64,000 bases of DNA from Macrostomum hystrix (taxonomy: Eukaryota; Animalia; Platyhelminthes), in NCBI GenBank assembly GCA_950097015.1, contig CATNEN010000029.1:1116001-1180000 (forward strand), given 5' to 3'. Every line of letters starts with the position of its first letter. The stretch's first letter is position 1. This document shows positions 12,021 through 25,689 of this stretch, piece by piece. The position numbers were made by a program, and so were the translations under genes. Under the pieces are notes generated by a model that did no database searches, was not told the DNA's origin, and saw only the letters and a list, made by a program, of their open reading frames with translations.

Positions 12021-12719
12021 TATTCACATAGCTTTTACGAACGCACCGAGAGTTCTCCCACATGCGCCAGCAGCCGTTTGTATTTTACTGTTCTAGAAGC
12101 AAAGATATTATTTTAGACACTTTTTTGTTGTCATCTTGCCGGCCTACTACTTTTGTCGTATCTCTACAATTTCTTTATTCAGGGCAAGAGCTACCATTGC
12201 TTGTAAATCACAGTCACTTAAGGCGCACTCGATCGAAAATCATGTCATTGTCGCCTTTTCATTGGGAAAATTCTTGCTGTAAATGATTTATTAAGGTTCC
12301 GCGCCAAGTTTTTACTTTTTTATAACAAAAAACTCTATCAGCTCTAAAATACGATCGCAGTCCACTAAGGCTTCATTTTTATACATATTTTAACAAAATA
12401 AAACCGTTATAATAAATCACCTCCCGCTTGAATTTTCTCTGCTGAAAAAATCAAGCAAAATTTGTTCAGATTATCCAGCGTTGCTGTTTCTGCAACAAAA
12501 AATTATTTCTGCTAAAATTGACTCATTGGCAGTCAGTTACAATTACTGCAGTGATCTAGTAGGTGTCCTTATTGAGTTTTCTGAAAGGAAGCTTCATGTT
12601 TTTTTAAATTCATGTAGAATCCGAACGTCGTCGGGTGCTCGGCGAGGCAGCGATGATGCCGAGGAGCGGGCGCTGAAGGCAACTGGGGCGGCAGGCGGGC
12701 GCCGAAGCACCACAAGATT

Positions 12720-15700
12720 CGTTAATTACACTGCAGATTCGTTAATTACACTGTAGATTCGTTAATCAAACTGTAGATTCTTTAATCAAACTGTAGATTC
12801 GTTAATCAAACTGTAGATTCTTTAATCAAACTGTAGATTCGTTAATTACACTGTAGATTCGTTAATCAAACTGTAGATTCTTTAATCAAACTGTAGATTC
12901 GTTAATTACACTGTAGATTCGTTAATCAAACTGTAGATTCTTTAATCAAACTGTAGATTCGTTAATCAAACTGTAGATTCGGTAATTACACTGTAGATTC
13001 GTTAATTACACTGTAGATTCGTTAATCAAACTGTAGATTCTTTAATCAAACTGTAGATTCGTTAATCAAACTTTAGATTCGTTAATCAAACTGTAGATTC
13101 TTTAATCAAACTGTAGATTCTTTAATCAAACTGTAGATTCGTTAATCAAACTGTAGATTCGTTAATCAAACTGTAGATTCGTTAATCAAACTGTAGATTC
13201 GTTAATTACACTGTAGATTCGTTAATCAAACTGTAGATTCTTTAATCAAACTGTAGATTCGTTAATTACACTGTAGATTCGTTAATCAAACTGTAGATTC
13301 TTTAATCAAACTGTAGATTCGTTAATTACACTGTAGATTCGTTAATCAAACTGTAGATTCTTTAATCAAACTGTAGATTCTTTAATCAAACTGTAGATTC
13401 GTTAATCAAACTGTAGATTCGTTAATCAAACTGTAGATTCTTTAATCAAACTGTAGATTCGTTAATCAAACTGTAGATTCGTTAATCAAACTGTAGATTC
13501 GTTAATCAAACTGTAGATTCGTTAATCAAACTGTAGATTCGGTAATTACACTGTAGATTCGTTAATTACACTGTAGATTCGTTAATCAAACTGTAGATTC
13601 TTTAATCAAACTGTAGATTCGTTAATCAAACTTTAGATTCGTTAATCAAACTGTAGATTCTTTAATCAAACTGTAGATTCTTTAATCAAACTGTAGATTC
13701 GTTAATCAAACTGTAGATTCGTTAATCAAACTGTAGATTCGTTAATCAAACTGTAGATTCGTTAATTACACTGTAGATTCGTTAATCAAACTGTAGATTC
13801 TTTAATCAAACTGTAGATTCGTTAATTACACTGTAGATTCGTTAATCAAACTGTAGATTCTTTAATCAAACTGTAGATTCGTTAATTACACTGTAGATTC
13901 GTTAATCAAACTGTAGATTCTTTAATCAAACTGTAGATTCTTTAATCAAACTGTAGATTCGTTAATCAAACTGTAGATTCGTTAATCAAACTGTAGATTC
14001 TTTAATCAAACTGTAGATTCGTTAATCAAACTGTAGATTCGTTAATCAAACTGTAGATTCGTTAATCAAACTGTAGATTCGTTAATCAAACTGTAGATTC
14101 TTTAATCAAACTGTAGATTCGTTAATTAGACTGCAGATTCGTTAATTAGACTGTAGATTCTTTAATCAAACTGTAGATTCTTTAATCAAACTGTAGATTC
14201 GTTAATCAAACTGTAGATTCGTTAATCAAACTGTAGATTCTTTAATCAAACTGTAGATTCGTTAATTAGACTGCAGATTCGTTAATCAAACTGTAGATTC
14301 TTTAATCAAACTGTAGATTCGTTAATCAAACTGTAGATTCTTTAATCAAACTGTAGATTCGTTAATTACACTGTAGATTCGTTAATCAAACTGTAGATTC
14401 TTTAATCAAACTGTAGATTCTTTAATCAAACTGTAGATTCGTTAATCAAACTGTAGATTCGTTAATCAAACTGTAGATTCTTTAATCAAACTGTAGATTC
14501 GTTAATTAGACTGCAGATTCGTTAATTAGACTGTAGATTCTTTAATCAAACTGTAGATTCTTTAATCAAACTGTAGATTCGTTAATCAAACTGTAGATTC
14601 TTTAATCAAACTGTAGATTCGTTAATTAGACTGCAGATTCGTTAATTAGACTGTAGATTCTTTAATCAAACTGTAGATTCTTTAATCAAACTGTAGATTC
14701 GTTAATCAAACTGTAGATTCTTTAATCAAACTGTAGATTCGTTAATTAGACTGCAGATTCGTTAATTAGACTGTAGATTCTTTAATCAAACTGTAGATTC
14801 GTTAATTACACTGTAGATTCTTTAATCAAACTGTAGATTCTTTAATCAAACTGTAGATTCTTTAATCAAACTGTAGATTCGTTAATTAGACTGCAGATTC
14901 GTTAATTAGACTGTAGATTCTTTAATCAAACTGTAGATTCTTTAATCAAACTGTAGATTCGTTAATTACACTGTAGATTCGTTAATCAAACTGTAGATTC
15001 TTTAATCAAACTGTAGATTCTTTAATCAAACTGTAGATTCGTTAATTACACTGTAGATTCGTTAATCAAACTGTAGATTCGTTAATCAAACTGTAGATTC
15101 TTTAATCAAACTGTAGATTCGTTAATTACACTGTAGATTCGTTAATCAAACTGTAGATTCTTTAATCAAACTGTAGATTCGTTAATCAAACTGTAGATTC
15201 GGTAATTACACTGTAGATTCGTTAATCAAACTGTAGATTCGGTAATTACACTGTAGATTCTTTGATCAAACTGTAGATTCGTTAATTAGACTGTAGATTC
15301 TTTAATCAAACTGTAGATTCGTTAATTAGACTGCAGATTCGTTAATTAGACTGCAGATTCGTTAATTAGACTGTAGATTCGGTAATTACACTGTAGATTC
15401 GTTAATTAGACTGCAGATTCGTTAATCAAACTGTAGATTCGTTAATCAAACTGTAGATTCGGTAATTACACTGTAGATTCGTTAATCAAACTGTAGATTC
15501 GGTAATTACACTGTAGATTCTTTAATTAGACTGCAGATTCGTTAATTAGACTGTAGATTCGGTAATTACACTGTAGATTCGTTAATTAGACTGCAGATTC
15601 GTTAATTAGACTGTAGATTCGTTAATCAAACTGTAGATTCGGTAATTACACTGTAGATTCGTTAATCAAACTGTAGATTCGGTAATTACACTGTAGATTC

Positions 15701-18008
15701 TTTAATTAGACTGCAGATTCGTTAATTAGACTGTAGATTCGTTAATTACACTGTAGATTCGTTAATTAGACTGCAGATTCGTTAATCAAACTGTAGATTC
15801 GTTAATCAAACTGTAGATTCGGTAATTACACTGTAGATTCGTTAATCAAACTGTAGATTCGGTAATTACACTGTAGATTCTTTAATCAAACTGTAGATTC
15901 GTTAATTAGACTGTAGATTCGTTAATTACACTGTAGATTCTTTAATCAAACTGTAGATTCGTTAATCAAACTGTAGATTCGGTAATTACACTGTAGATTC
16001 TTTAATCAAACTGTAGATTCGTTAATTACACTGTAGATTCGTTAATTAGACTGCAGATTCGTTAATCAAACTGTAGATTCTTTAATCAAACTGTAGATTC
16101 GGTAATTACACTGTAGATTCGTTAATTAGACTGCAGATTCGTTAATCAAACTGTAGATTCGTTAATCAAACTGTAGATTCGGTAATTACACTGTCGATTC
16201 GTTAATCAAACTGTAGATTCGTTAATCAAACTGTAGATTCGTTAATCAAACTGTAGATTCGGTAATTACACTGTAGATTCGTTAATCAAACTGTAGATTC
16301 GGTAATTACACTGTAGATTCTTTAATCAAACTGTAGATTCGTTAATTAGACTGTAGATTCGGTAATTACACTGTAGATTCGTTAATCAAACTGTAGATTC
16401 TTTAATCAAACTGTAGATTCGGTAATTACACTGTAGATTCGTTAATTAGACTGCAGATTCGTTAATCAAACTGTAGATTCGTTAATCAAACTGTAGATTC
16501 GGTAATTACACTGTAGATTCGTTAATCAAACTGTAGATTCGTTAATCAAACTGTAGATTCGTTAATCAAACTGTAGATTCGGTAATTACACTGTAGATTC
16601 GTTAATCAAACTGTAGATTCGGTAATTACACTGTAGATTCTTTAATCAAACTGTAGATTCGTTAATTAGACTGCAGATTCGTTAATTAGACTGTAGATTC
16701 GGTAATTACACTGTAGATTCGTTAATTAGACTGCAGATTCGTTAATCAAACTGTAGATTCGTTAATCAAACTGTAGATTCGGTAATTACACTGTAGATTC
16801 GTTAATCAAACTGTAGATTCGGTAATTACACTGTAGATTCGTTAATCAAACTGTAGATTCGTTAATCAAACTGTAGATTCGTTAATCAAACTGTAGATTC
16901 GGTAATTACACTGTAGATTCGTTAATCAAACTGTAGATTCGGTAATTACACTGTAGATTCTTTAATCAAACTGTAGATTCGTTAATTACACTGTAGATTC
17001 GTTAATTAGACTGCAGATTCGTTAATCAAACTGTAGATTCGTTAATCAAACTGTAGATTCGTTAATCAAACTGTAGATTCGGTAATTACACTGTAGATTC
17101 GTTAATCAAACTGTAGATTCGGTAATTACACTGTAGATTCTTTAATCAAACTGTAGATTCGGTAATTACACTGTAGATTCGTTAATTAGACTGCAGATTC
17201 GTTAATCAAACTGTAGATTCGTTAATCAAACTGTAGATTCGGTAATTACACTGTAGATTCGTTAATCAAACTGTAGATTCGTTAATCAAACTGTAGATTC
17301 GTTAATCAAACTGTAGATTCGGTAATTACACTGTAGATTCGTTAATCAAACTGTAGATTCGGTAATTACACTGTAGATTCTTTAATCAAACTGTAGATTC
17401 GTTAATTAGACTGCAGATTCGTTAATTAGACTGTAGATTCGGTAATTACACTGTAGATTCGTTAATTAGACTGCAGATTCATTAATCAAACTGTAGATTC
17501 GTTAATCAAACTGTAGATTCGGTAATTACACTGTAGATTCGTTAATCAAACTGTAGATTCGGTAATTACACTGTAGATTCTTTAATCAAACTGTAGATTC
17601 GTTAATTAGACTGTAGATTCGGTAATTACACTGTAGATTCTTTAATCAAACTGTAGATTCGGTAATTACACTGTAGATTCGTTAATTAGACTGCAGATTC
17701 GTTAATCAAACTGTAGATTCGTTAATTACACTGTAGATTCGGTAATTACACTGTAGATTCTTTAATCAAACTGTAGATTCGGTAATTACACTGTAGATTC
17801 GTTAATTAGACTGCAGATTCTTTAATCAAACTGTAGATTCGTTAATTAGACTGTAGATTCGGTAATTACACTGTAGATTCTTTAATCAAACTGTAGATTC
17901 GGTAATTACACTGTAGATTCGTTAATTAGACTGCAGATTCTTTAATCAAACTGTAGATTCGTTAATTACACTGTAGATTCGGTAATTACACTGTAGATTC
18001 GTTAATCA
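12720..18008. repeat. 5.3-kb satellite of 20-bp units (~265 copies)
   Basis: Near-constant CTGTAGATTC alternating with about five 10-mer variants (GTTAATCAAA, TTTAATCAAA, GTTAATTACA, GTTAATTAGA, GGTAATTACA). Confidence 0.98.
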
Positions 18009-18979
18009 ATTCGTTATGGTTAAATATTACTTTAAAGGACATTAATATACAGCTCAGCAGGTACTTCTGTTGTAATAAAAAAATTCTAAGAACAGATAGA
18101 AAACAACACATACACATCGTAATTGTAGGGCCAATAAACACAATTCGAGAAATTGTATATTCAATTAAAAACCATTTATTTTCTTACTATTGGTTGAATC
18201 TGGATAAAGCATTAATAGAAGCGGGGGTGTATATTCAATTGATGCGGACTTACAGCTAATAAGTTAAGGTAACAATACAGTCCAAATCATATGTACACGG
18301 TTGGTTTACATTCTAATATCGATTAAAAATACTACTCAATTCAATAATAGATCGGTTGGTAGCAGACTTAACTGAGGCTGACAAATTCATAACAAAATTC
18401 TCTGCAAATTATATTCACAGTTGCATGCTTGGATAGAAGATAGCGGACGAGGGTTCGAAACCATAAATTTTAACAATTCACGACAGTCACATACTACTAG
18501 CGCATAGTAGAGAGAGAGAGAGTAGAGTGAAGAAAGTCGGAGGCATTCCTGTGGACATGTAATAGATAACTATTTATAACATAGACAGTTCGCAGGCCGC
18601 GCATTAAATCAAGCAAAAAAATAAAAAATATCGAAGAGAAATGAACGAACAGATACGCAGCAGACTCTACTGTCAGTAGGGCAGTGCAGTATGGCCACGC
18701 ATACACTTCGCAGAGTAATATATTATCGGATTTAAACAATCAATCATAGAATGAATCAGCGATCAATTTAACAGAATGAGTGAAAAAATCAAATGGCAAT
18801 AGACGATGGCAGGTCAAAAATAATTAATTGTTTAATTACCTTGTAAAAAAGAACCAACACAGCAACAGAGAGAGACACACTGGGATTGTTTCTTGCGCAA
18901 CTAGAGAGCGGGGGGAATCGGATTGAAAATCTGTCATCTGACCTAAAGGAGCGATTCAAATATATTTCTGTGTTTATTA

Positions 18980-19350
18980 ACTGCAGGCGTCAGTAACCTC
19001 AAAATCCCACCTTTAGGTCTTTGTCAACTTGTCAACAATCTCATAGCCTGCAGGCGTCAGAAACCTCAAAATCTCACCTTTAGGTCTTTGTCAACTTGTC
19101 AACAATATCATAGCCTGCAGGCGTAAGAACACTTAAATCTCACCTTTAGGTCTTTTTCAATTAAAAAAAATATATTATAGCCTGCAGGTGTAAGAAACCT
19201 CAAAATCTTGCCTGCAGGTGTAAGAAACCTCAAAATCTCACCTTTAGGTCTTTGTCAATTTTTTTTATCTCATAGCCTGCAGGTGTAAGAAATCTCAAAA
19301 TCTCACCTTTACGTCTTTGTCAACTTGTCAGGAAATCTTATAGCCTGCAT
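18980..19350. repeat. degenerate ~60-bp tandem repeat downstream of Rab7
   Basis: Recurrent CCTGCAGG...AAACCTCAAAATCTCACCTTTAGGTCTTTGTCAA. Confidence 0.75.
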
Positions 19351-19550
19351 ATATCCCGTCATAACAAAAGCGCTGACCTTGAACTGTCTAGGCTGTAAAA
19401 TATGCGCAAAAAGCAGAAAAAATAAACTTGACGCATTTAAAAATGAAAGGATCTAAAACAATAGCAGATCAATCGTCAGTCGGTCATTTGTCTGCAGCCA
19501 GCGTTTCTATATTGGGTCGCTAACCAACTCGAAGGACAAACAATAAGCGA

Positions 19551-20849
19551 TCAGCACGAGCAGCCGCCCTGCTGGCCGCCCTGCTGCCCGGAGCCGGCGC
19601 CGCCCTGCAGCTGGATGGCCGGCGGCAGTTCGGAGGCGCCGGCGTCGTCAGCGGCGGCCTCCTGGGCCAGGGCGTCCTTGGCCAGCTGCATGAAGGCGGC
19701 CTCAACGTTGACGGCCTCCTTGGCGCTGCACTCGAAGTAGGGCATGTTGGATTTCGTCTGCGCCCACTGGGCGGCCCGCTTTTTGGTGACGCCGCGGTTC
19801 TCCAGGTCGATCTTGTTGCCAGCCAGCACGAAGGGGAAATTGTCCGGATCCCTGGGGCTGGCCTGGATCAGGAACTCGTCCCGCCAGGAGTCCAGCGTCT
19901 TAAACGAGTTCGGCTGCGTCACGTCGTACACTGCGGGAATTGGCGGCGTGCGGGGATTCTTCGAAACTGATAGGTAATTTTTGGAAACTGTGAGTGGTGA
20001 TTCCCGGAAATGCTGCTAGGTGATTCTTAGAGACTGTGATAGTAATTCCTGGAAACTGTGATAGTAATTCCTGGAAACTGTGATAGTAATTCCTGGAAAC
20101 TGTGATAGTAATTCCTGGAAACTGTGATAGTAATTCCTGGAAACTGTGATAGTAATTCCTGGAAAACGATAGTGATTCCCAGAAATGCTGATAGGTGATT
20201 CTTGGAAATGCTGATAGGTGATTCCCGGAAATGCTGATAAGTGATTCCTGGAAACTGTATTAGTAATTCCTGGAAACTGATGGTGATTCCTGGAAACTGT
20301 GATACGTAACTCCTTGAAAATGATAGGTAATTCCCGAAAACTGTGATAGTAATTCCTGGAAACTGCAATTAGGGTTTTTAGCTCGCAGGTTGGGGATTTT
20401 TATAATTCGGGTTGGTGACAGTCTTGGAAACTAGGATTATAATTCTTGGAAACTGGGATTCAGATTTCTTTCAATCTGGGATAGTGACTCTTGATTGGTA
20501 TTGACGATACGCTCGAGAATACGCATAGAGTGTTGCAAGAAACAAGAAGGGTTGGAATGTCCTAGAAAATTTCTGTTGGCTCACCCAGCATGCAGGCATC
20601 GGCACCGCGGTAGAAGGCCACGCCAAGGGACTGGAATCGCTCCTGACCGGCGGTGTCCCACAGCTGCAGGGTGACCACCCGGTCATCTACCATCAGCTCC
20701 TTGGTGAGGAAGTCAGCCCCAATGGTGGCCTTGTACTGGTTGCTGAACTTGCGGTTAACAAACTGGTTCATCAGGGAGGTCTTGCCGACACCGGAGTCGC
20801 CAAGGATGATCACCTTGAGCAGGATTTTCTTGCGGCTGGCGCTGGACAT
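19551..20849 (-). CDS. RAB7: Rab7 small GTPase, 214 aa, 2 coding exons
   Basis: Exons 20849-20585 and 19930-19551 (phase-1 GT-AG intron). [37 protein letters not shown]-terminal CSC prenylation motif. Confidence 0.95.
19985..20365. repeat. 22-bp minisatellite in the Rab7 intron
   Basis: Unit GTAATTCCTGGAAACTGTGATA. Confidence 0.85.
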
Positions 20850-21049
20850 GCTCGGCTGTGAGGAGGTTCGCTTGGTTGCTGAAAAACTGGCTCGCCGCTT
20901 TGAATGTGGAGTCGGGCACCAGCTGCAAGGCAGTCAATTGTCAGTTCGCTAGCAGCTTTATTTTACAGATTTATCCCAACTCCCCGATTCTTAAAATCAT
21001 GTATACTCATGCCTAACAATTTCATAATCCCCTGATCCTCAAATCCTCA

Positions 21050-22345
21050 CGCCCTACCTAGATCCCAATCTTATAATCCTCACACCCTAACTAGACCTCA
21101 ATCCTATAATCCTCACACCCTAACTAGACCTCAATCCCATAATCCTCACACCCTAACTAGATCCCAATACCATAATCCTCACACCCTAACTAGATCCCAA
21201 TACCATAATCCTCACACCCTAACTAGATCCCAATACCATAATCCTCACACTCACACCCTAACTAGATCCCAATACCATAATCCTCACACCCTAACTAGAT
21301 CCCAATACCATAATCCTCACACCCTAACTAGATCCCAATACCATAATCCTCACACCCTAACTAGATCCCAATACCATAATCCTCACATCCTAACTAGATC
21401 CCAATACCATAATCCCCACACCCTAACTAGATCCCAATCCCATAATCCTCACACCCTAACTAGATCCCAATCCCATAATCCTCACACCCTAACTAGATCC
21501 CAATACCATAATCCTCACACCCTAACTAGATCCCAATCCCATAATCCTCACACCCTAACTAGATCCCAATACCATAATCCTCACACCCTAACTAGATCCC
21601 AATACCATAATCCTCACATCCTAACTAGATCCCAATACCATAATCCCCACACCCTAACTAGATCCCAATCCCATAATCCTCACACCCTAACTAGATCCCA
21701 ATCCCATAATCCTCACACCCTAACTAGATCCCAATCCCATAATCCTCACACCCTAACTAGATCCCAATACCATAATCCTCACACCCTAACTAGATCCCAA
21801 TCCCATAATCCTCACACCCTAACTAGATCCCAATACCATAATCCTCACACCCTAACTAGATCCCAATCCCATAATCCTCACACCCTAACTAGATCCCAAT
21901 ACCATAATCCTCACACCCTAACTAGATCCCAATACCATAATCCTCACACCCTAACTAGATCCCAATACCATAATCCTCACACCCTAACTAGATCCCAATA
22001 CCATAATCCTCACACTCACACCCTAACTAGATCCCAATACCATAATTCTCACACCCTAACTAGATCCCAATACCATAATCCTCACATCCTAACTAGACCC
22101 CAACACCCTGATCCTCACACCCGAACTAGATCCGAATCCCCTGATACTCACACCCTAACTAGATCCGAATCCCCTGATACTCACACCCTAACTAGATCCC
22201 AATCCCCTGATCCTCACACCCTAACTAGATCCCAACCCCCTGATCCTCACACCCTAACTAGATCCCAACCCCCTGATCCTCACACCCTAACTAGATCCCA
22301 ACCCCCTGATCCTCACACCCTAACTAGATCCCAATCCCATAATCT
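21050..22345. repeat. 33-bp minisatellite upstream of Rab7
   Basis: Unit ATCCTCACACCCTAACTAGATCCCAATACCATA. Confidence 0.95.
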
Positions 22346-22929
22346 TCGCATATTAGCTTTAACCCAATTCTCTGATTTTCATACCCCAACTGCTTCATTA
22401 TCCTCACTGGCAATGAGCCGCTAAGTATATAATTCTAGCATAACAATACGAGCACAAACTGATGGCATAAAAATCGTATGAATAATATATTTCTGTTTTC
22501 TTTGTTGAATGATCGAAATAAACAGTTTACAAACAACTCGTAATCACAAATTTCCGTTCGCAACAAATCACTTCAATGGTATTAAGAAGTAAAAAATTGG
22601 CATCGGACAGAGAAGCAAAGGATTACATACCTAGGCTTGTAGCTATTTAAAAAATAGAAGTATGGCCAAAATTGGTACTGTACAAAAACAGATGCGTATG
22701 AATTTGTCTAATGGGTTGTCACTCATCGAAATTTGGCAGATTTTATTGGGTGATACAAAATATTCCTAAACTCTAAAATTTCTGAAATGCATAGACTGCA
22801 TGCAATGTGATAAAAGAACTCGGCAAAGTGTCAACAACGCCTCAACCAAACAAATTAGGTTGTTGGGCTGGAAAGAAAGAACGCACGGGTCGGGCTGGAG
22901 TTTATGTACATTGGATTGTTGGGGTGGAT

Positions 22930-23300
22930 GGAATGTACATCGGAGAGTTTGGGCTAGAGGGAATGTACATCGGAGAGTTTGGGCTAGAGGGAATGTACAT
23001 CGGAGAGTTTGGGCTAGAGGGAATGTACATCGGAGAGTTTGGGCTAGAGGGAATGTACATCGGAGAGTTTGGGCTAGAGGGAATGTACACCGGAGAGTTA
23101 ATCTGGAAGGAATGAACTATGGAGGGCATTGGGTTGGGGGGAATGAACACTTGAGAGAGAATGTACACTAGTAAATTTGGCTGGAGGTAATGTACAATTT
23201 AGAGTATTAGGCTCGGGGGAATGTACATTCGAAAGTATTAGGCTGGAGGGAATGTATATTTGCGAGTACTAGGCTGGAGGGAATGTGCATTAGAGGGTAT
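22930..23300. repeat. 30-bp tandem repeat
   Basis: Unit GGGCTAGAGGGAATGTACATCGGAGAGTTT, degenerating rightwards. Confidence 0.85.
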
Positions 23301-23769
23301 GTCTTGTGTTGATAGTTATTTTTTTATTACTGAAACACACAAATTTATAACTCTGAGCCTAGGTGATCGCATTCGTGCTTACCAAATAAATCTGAACTAA
23401 ATTTAAAAAACGAACTAATTAATCAGATCTAATTAGTAAAGTCGAACAAAAAAAGGTAATTAAAATCAGCTCTCGAAAAAGGACAATGAGCTACTATTAA
23501 TGAACTATACACAAAACTGGCGCACTCAAAACTCAGCTATTATCTTAGGAGATAAGATGATTAATAATTAAAACAAAGGCATCACAAAAATGAAATGGCA
23601 TATACGCTCGTACGAATATTTTCCAATCACAATGAAACACGAAGATACCATGTAAATTACTCGCATAGCTATGAGGATAGCAAGTACATTGCATCAAAAT
23701 TATGCAAATCTAAAGGAGTGACATTTAGAGGACCAAAGTGAAATTTTGGTGAACCAGGAAAGTGACATT

Positions 23770-24435
23770 TAGGTGACTAGTGGAGTGACATTTAGGGGAA
23801 TAGGGGAGTGAAATAAAGGTAACTAGTGGAGTGATATTTATGTGACTTGTGGAGTGACATTTAGGTGAGTAGTGGAGTGACATTTAAGGGAATAGGGAAG
23901 TGACTTTGAGGGGCCTAGGGGGTGACTTTTAGGGGGCTAGGGGGTGACTTTTAGGGGGCTATAGGGGGTGACTTTTAGGGGCCTAGGGGGTGACTTTTAG
24001 GGGCCTAGGGGGTGACTTTTAGGGGGCTAGGGGGTGACTTTTAGGGGGCTAGGGGGTGACTTTTAGGGGCCTAGGGGGTGACTTTTAGGGGGCTAGGGGG
24101 TGACTTTTAGGGGCCTAGGGGGTGACTTTTAGGGGGCTAGGGGGTGACTTTTAGGGGGCTAGGGGGTGACTTTTAGGGGGCTAGGGGGTGACTTTTAGGG
24201 GGCTAGGGGGTGACTTTTAGGGGGCTAGGGGGTGACTTTTAGGGGGCTAGGGGGTGACTTTTAGGGGGCTGGGGGGTGACTTTTAGGGGCCTAGGGGGTG
24301 ACTTTTAGGGGCCTAGGGGGTGACTTTTAGGGGCCTAGGGGGTGACTTTTAGGGGGCTAGGGGGTGACTTTTTGGGGTCATTTTTGGCACCAAAAGAGTG
24401 ACATTGACATTTTGAGGACCAGAGGAGTGACATTG
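23770..24435. repeat. 22-bp G-rich minisatellite
   Basis: Unit AGGGGGTGACTTTTAGGGGGCT with degenerate flanks. Confidence 0.95.
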
Positions 24436-24536
24436 ACAAGAACATAAAGAGTTACAACAAGGTACTTCATTTCGATATAGATCATTTAGAAGCGCAATCT
24501 CAGCTAAAATTCAAGCTAAAACAGAGCTCCAAAATG

Positions 24537-25689
24537 TTAACAAGCTCCGCAGGTTTTACTATTTTGCGCAGCGTCGCTACTAGAATTGTGGCCATCTGTT
24601 TCGCTATTGTGCAACTGCAGCACAACACCCGGCGGGGCGCCAAGCGATTCGGTTCGATCCGAGGCAATTTTTCGCGCCAAAGCCAAATTAGCCAAGTGAT
24701 GAAATGCGTCGGCCACATTGATAGCCTGCTTAGCGGAGCATTCCAAGTAAGGCATGCCGAGATGGCTCACGCACCATCGCCTGGCAGCGTCCGGCTGAAC
24801 GCAACGGTGCTCCAGGTCCACCTTGTTGCCAATTAGCATAAATGGAAAACTGTCGGCGTCGCGTATCTGCGCCTCCAGCGTAAACTCTTCCAGCCAGGAG
24901 GTCAGCGAAGCGAAGCTTAGCTGGTCGGTGACGTCATACACTGGGGTGGATGAGACGCGACACTATTACTGCTGGGCAATTCTGAGCATATAGCGGAGCA
25001 GTCTAATAAAATATCCCCTTCTGAGCAGTATGTTCATTGTTACTTTAAACAGCCTATTCAATCACAATTCAAGCAGTCAATTCAATGACATCTTAGAACT
25101 CGATATAAAGACAATATGAGCAGGCAATTATTGACACATTGAGCAGTTAAAATAAAACAAAAATCGAGCAGTCAATTCAATGACAACTTGAGCAGTCAAA
25201 AAAGGACAGTTTGAGCAGTCAATTTAATGACAACTTGAGCAGTCAAAAAAGGACAATTTGAGCAGTCTACAATAAAGACAACTTGAGCAGTCGATTCCAA
25301 GACTTTGAGCAGTCGATTCCAAGACTTTGAGCAGTCGATTCCAAGACTTTGAGCAGTCGATTCCAAGACTTTGAGCAGTCGATTCCACGACTTTGAGCAG
25401 TCAGTCTATTCTACTCAAATGACTCACCTAGCAAACAGGCGTCGGCGCCGCGGAAGAAGGCCCGACCAAGCGATCTGAATCGCTCCTGGCCGGCGGTGTC
25501 CCACAGCTGCAAGGTGACAATTTGTCTCTCGAGCTGCACCATTTTAACTAGAAAATCAGCCCCGATTGTGGCCGTATACTGGCCAGTGAACCGTCGATTA
25601 ACATATTGGTGAAGTAGGGAAGTCTTGCCAGCTCCAGCGTTGCCTAGGATGACAACTTTTAGCACGGTGTGCTGCAGAGTCTGCGACAT
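24537..25689 (-). CDS. Rab7-like GTPase (divergent tandem paralog), 221 aa, 2 coding exons
   Basis: Exons 25689-25428 and 24940-24537; same phase-1 intron position as Rab7. [36 protein letters not shown]; ends CGAC. Confidence 0.9.
25140..25400. repeat. 22-bp tandem repeat in the Rab7-like intron
   Basis: Unit TTGAGCAGTCGATTCCAAGACT with degenerate left part. Confidence 0.8.

Noticed and set aside
12720-18008. CRISPR-like alternation of a constant 10-mer (containing TGTAGAT, as in Cas12a repeats) with variable 10-mers
   Set aside because: The variable parts are only 10 nt and come from about five related variants, there are no cas genes, and the context is eukaryotic: a satellite.
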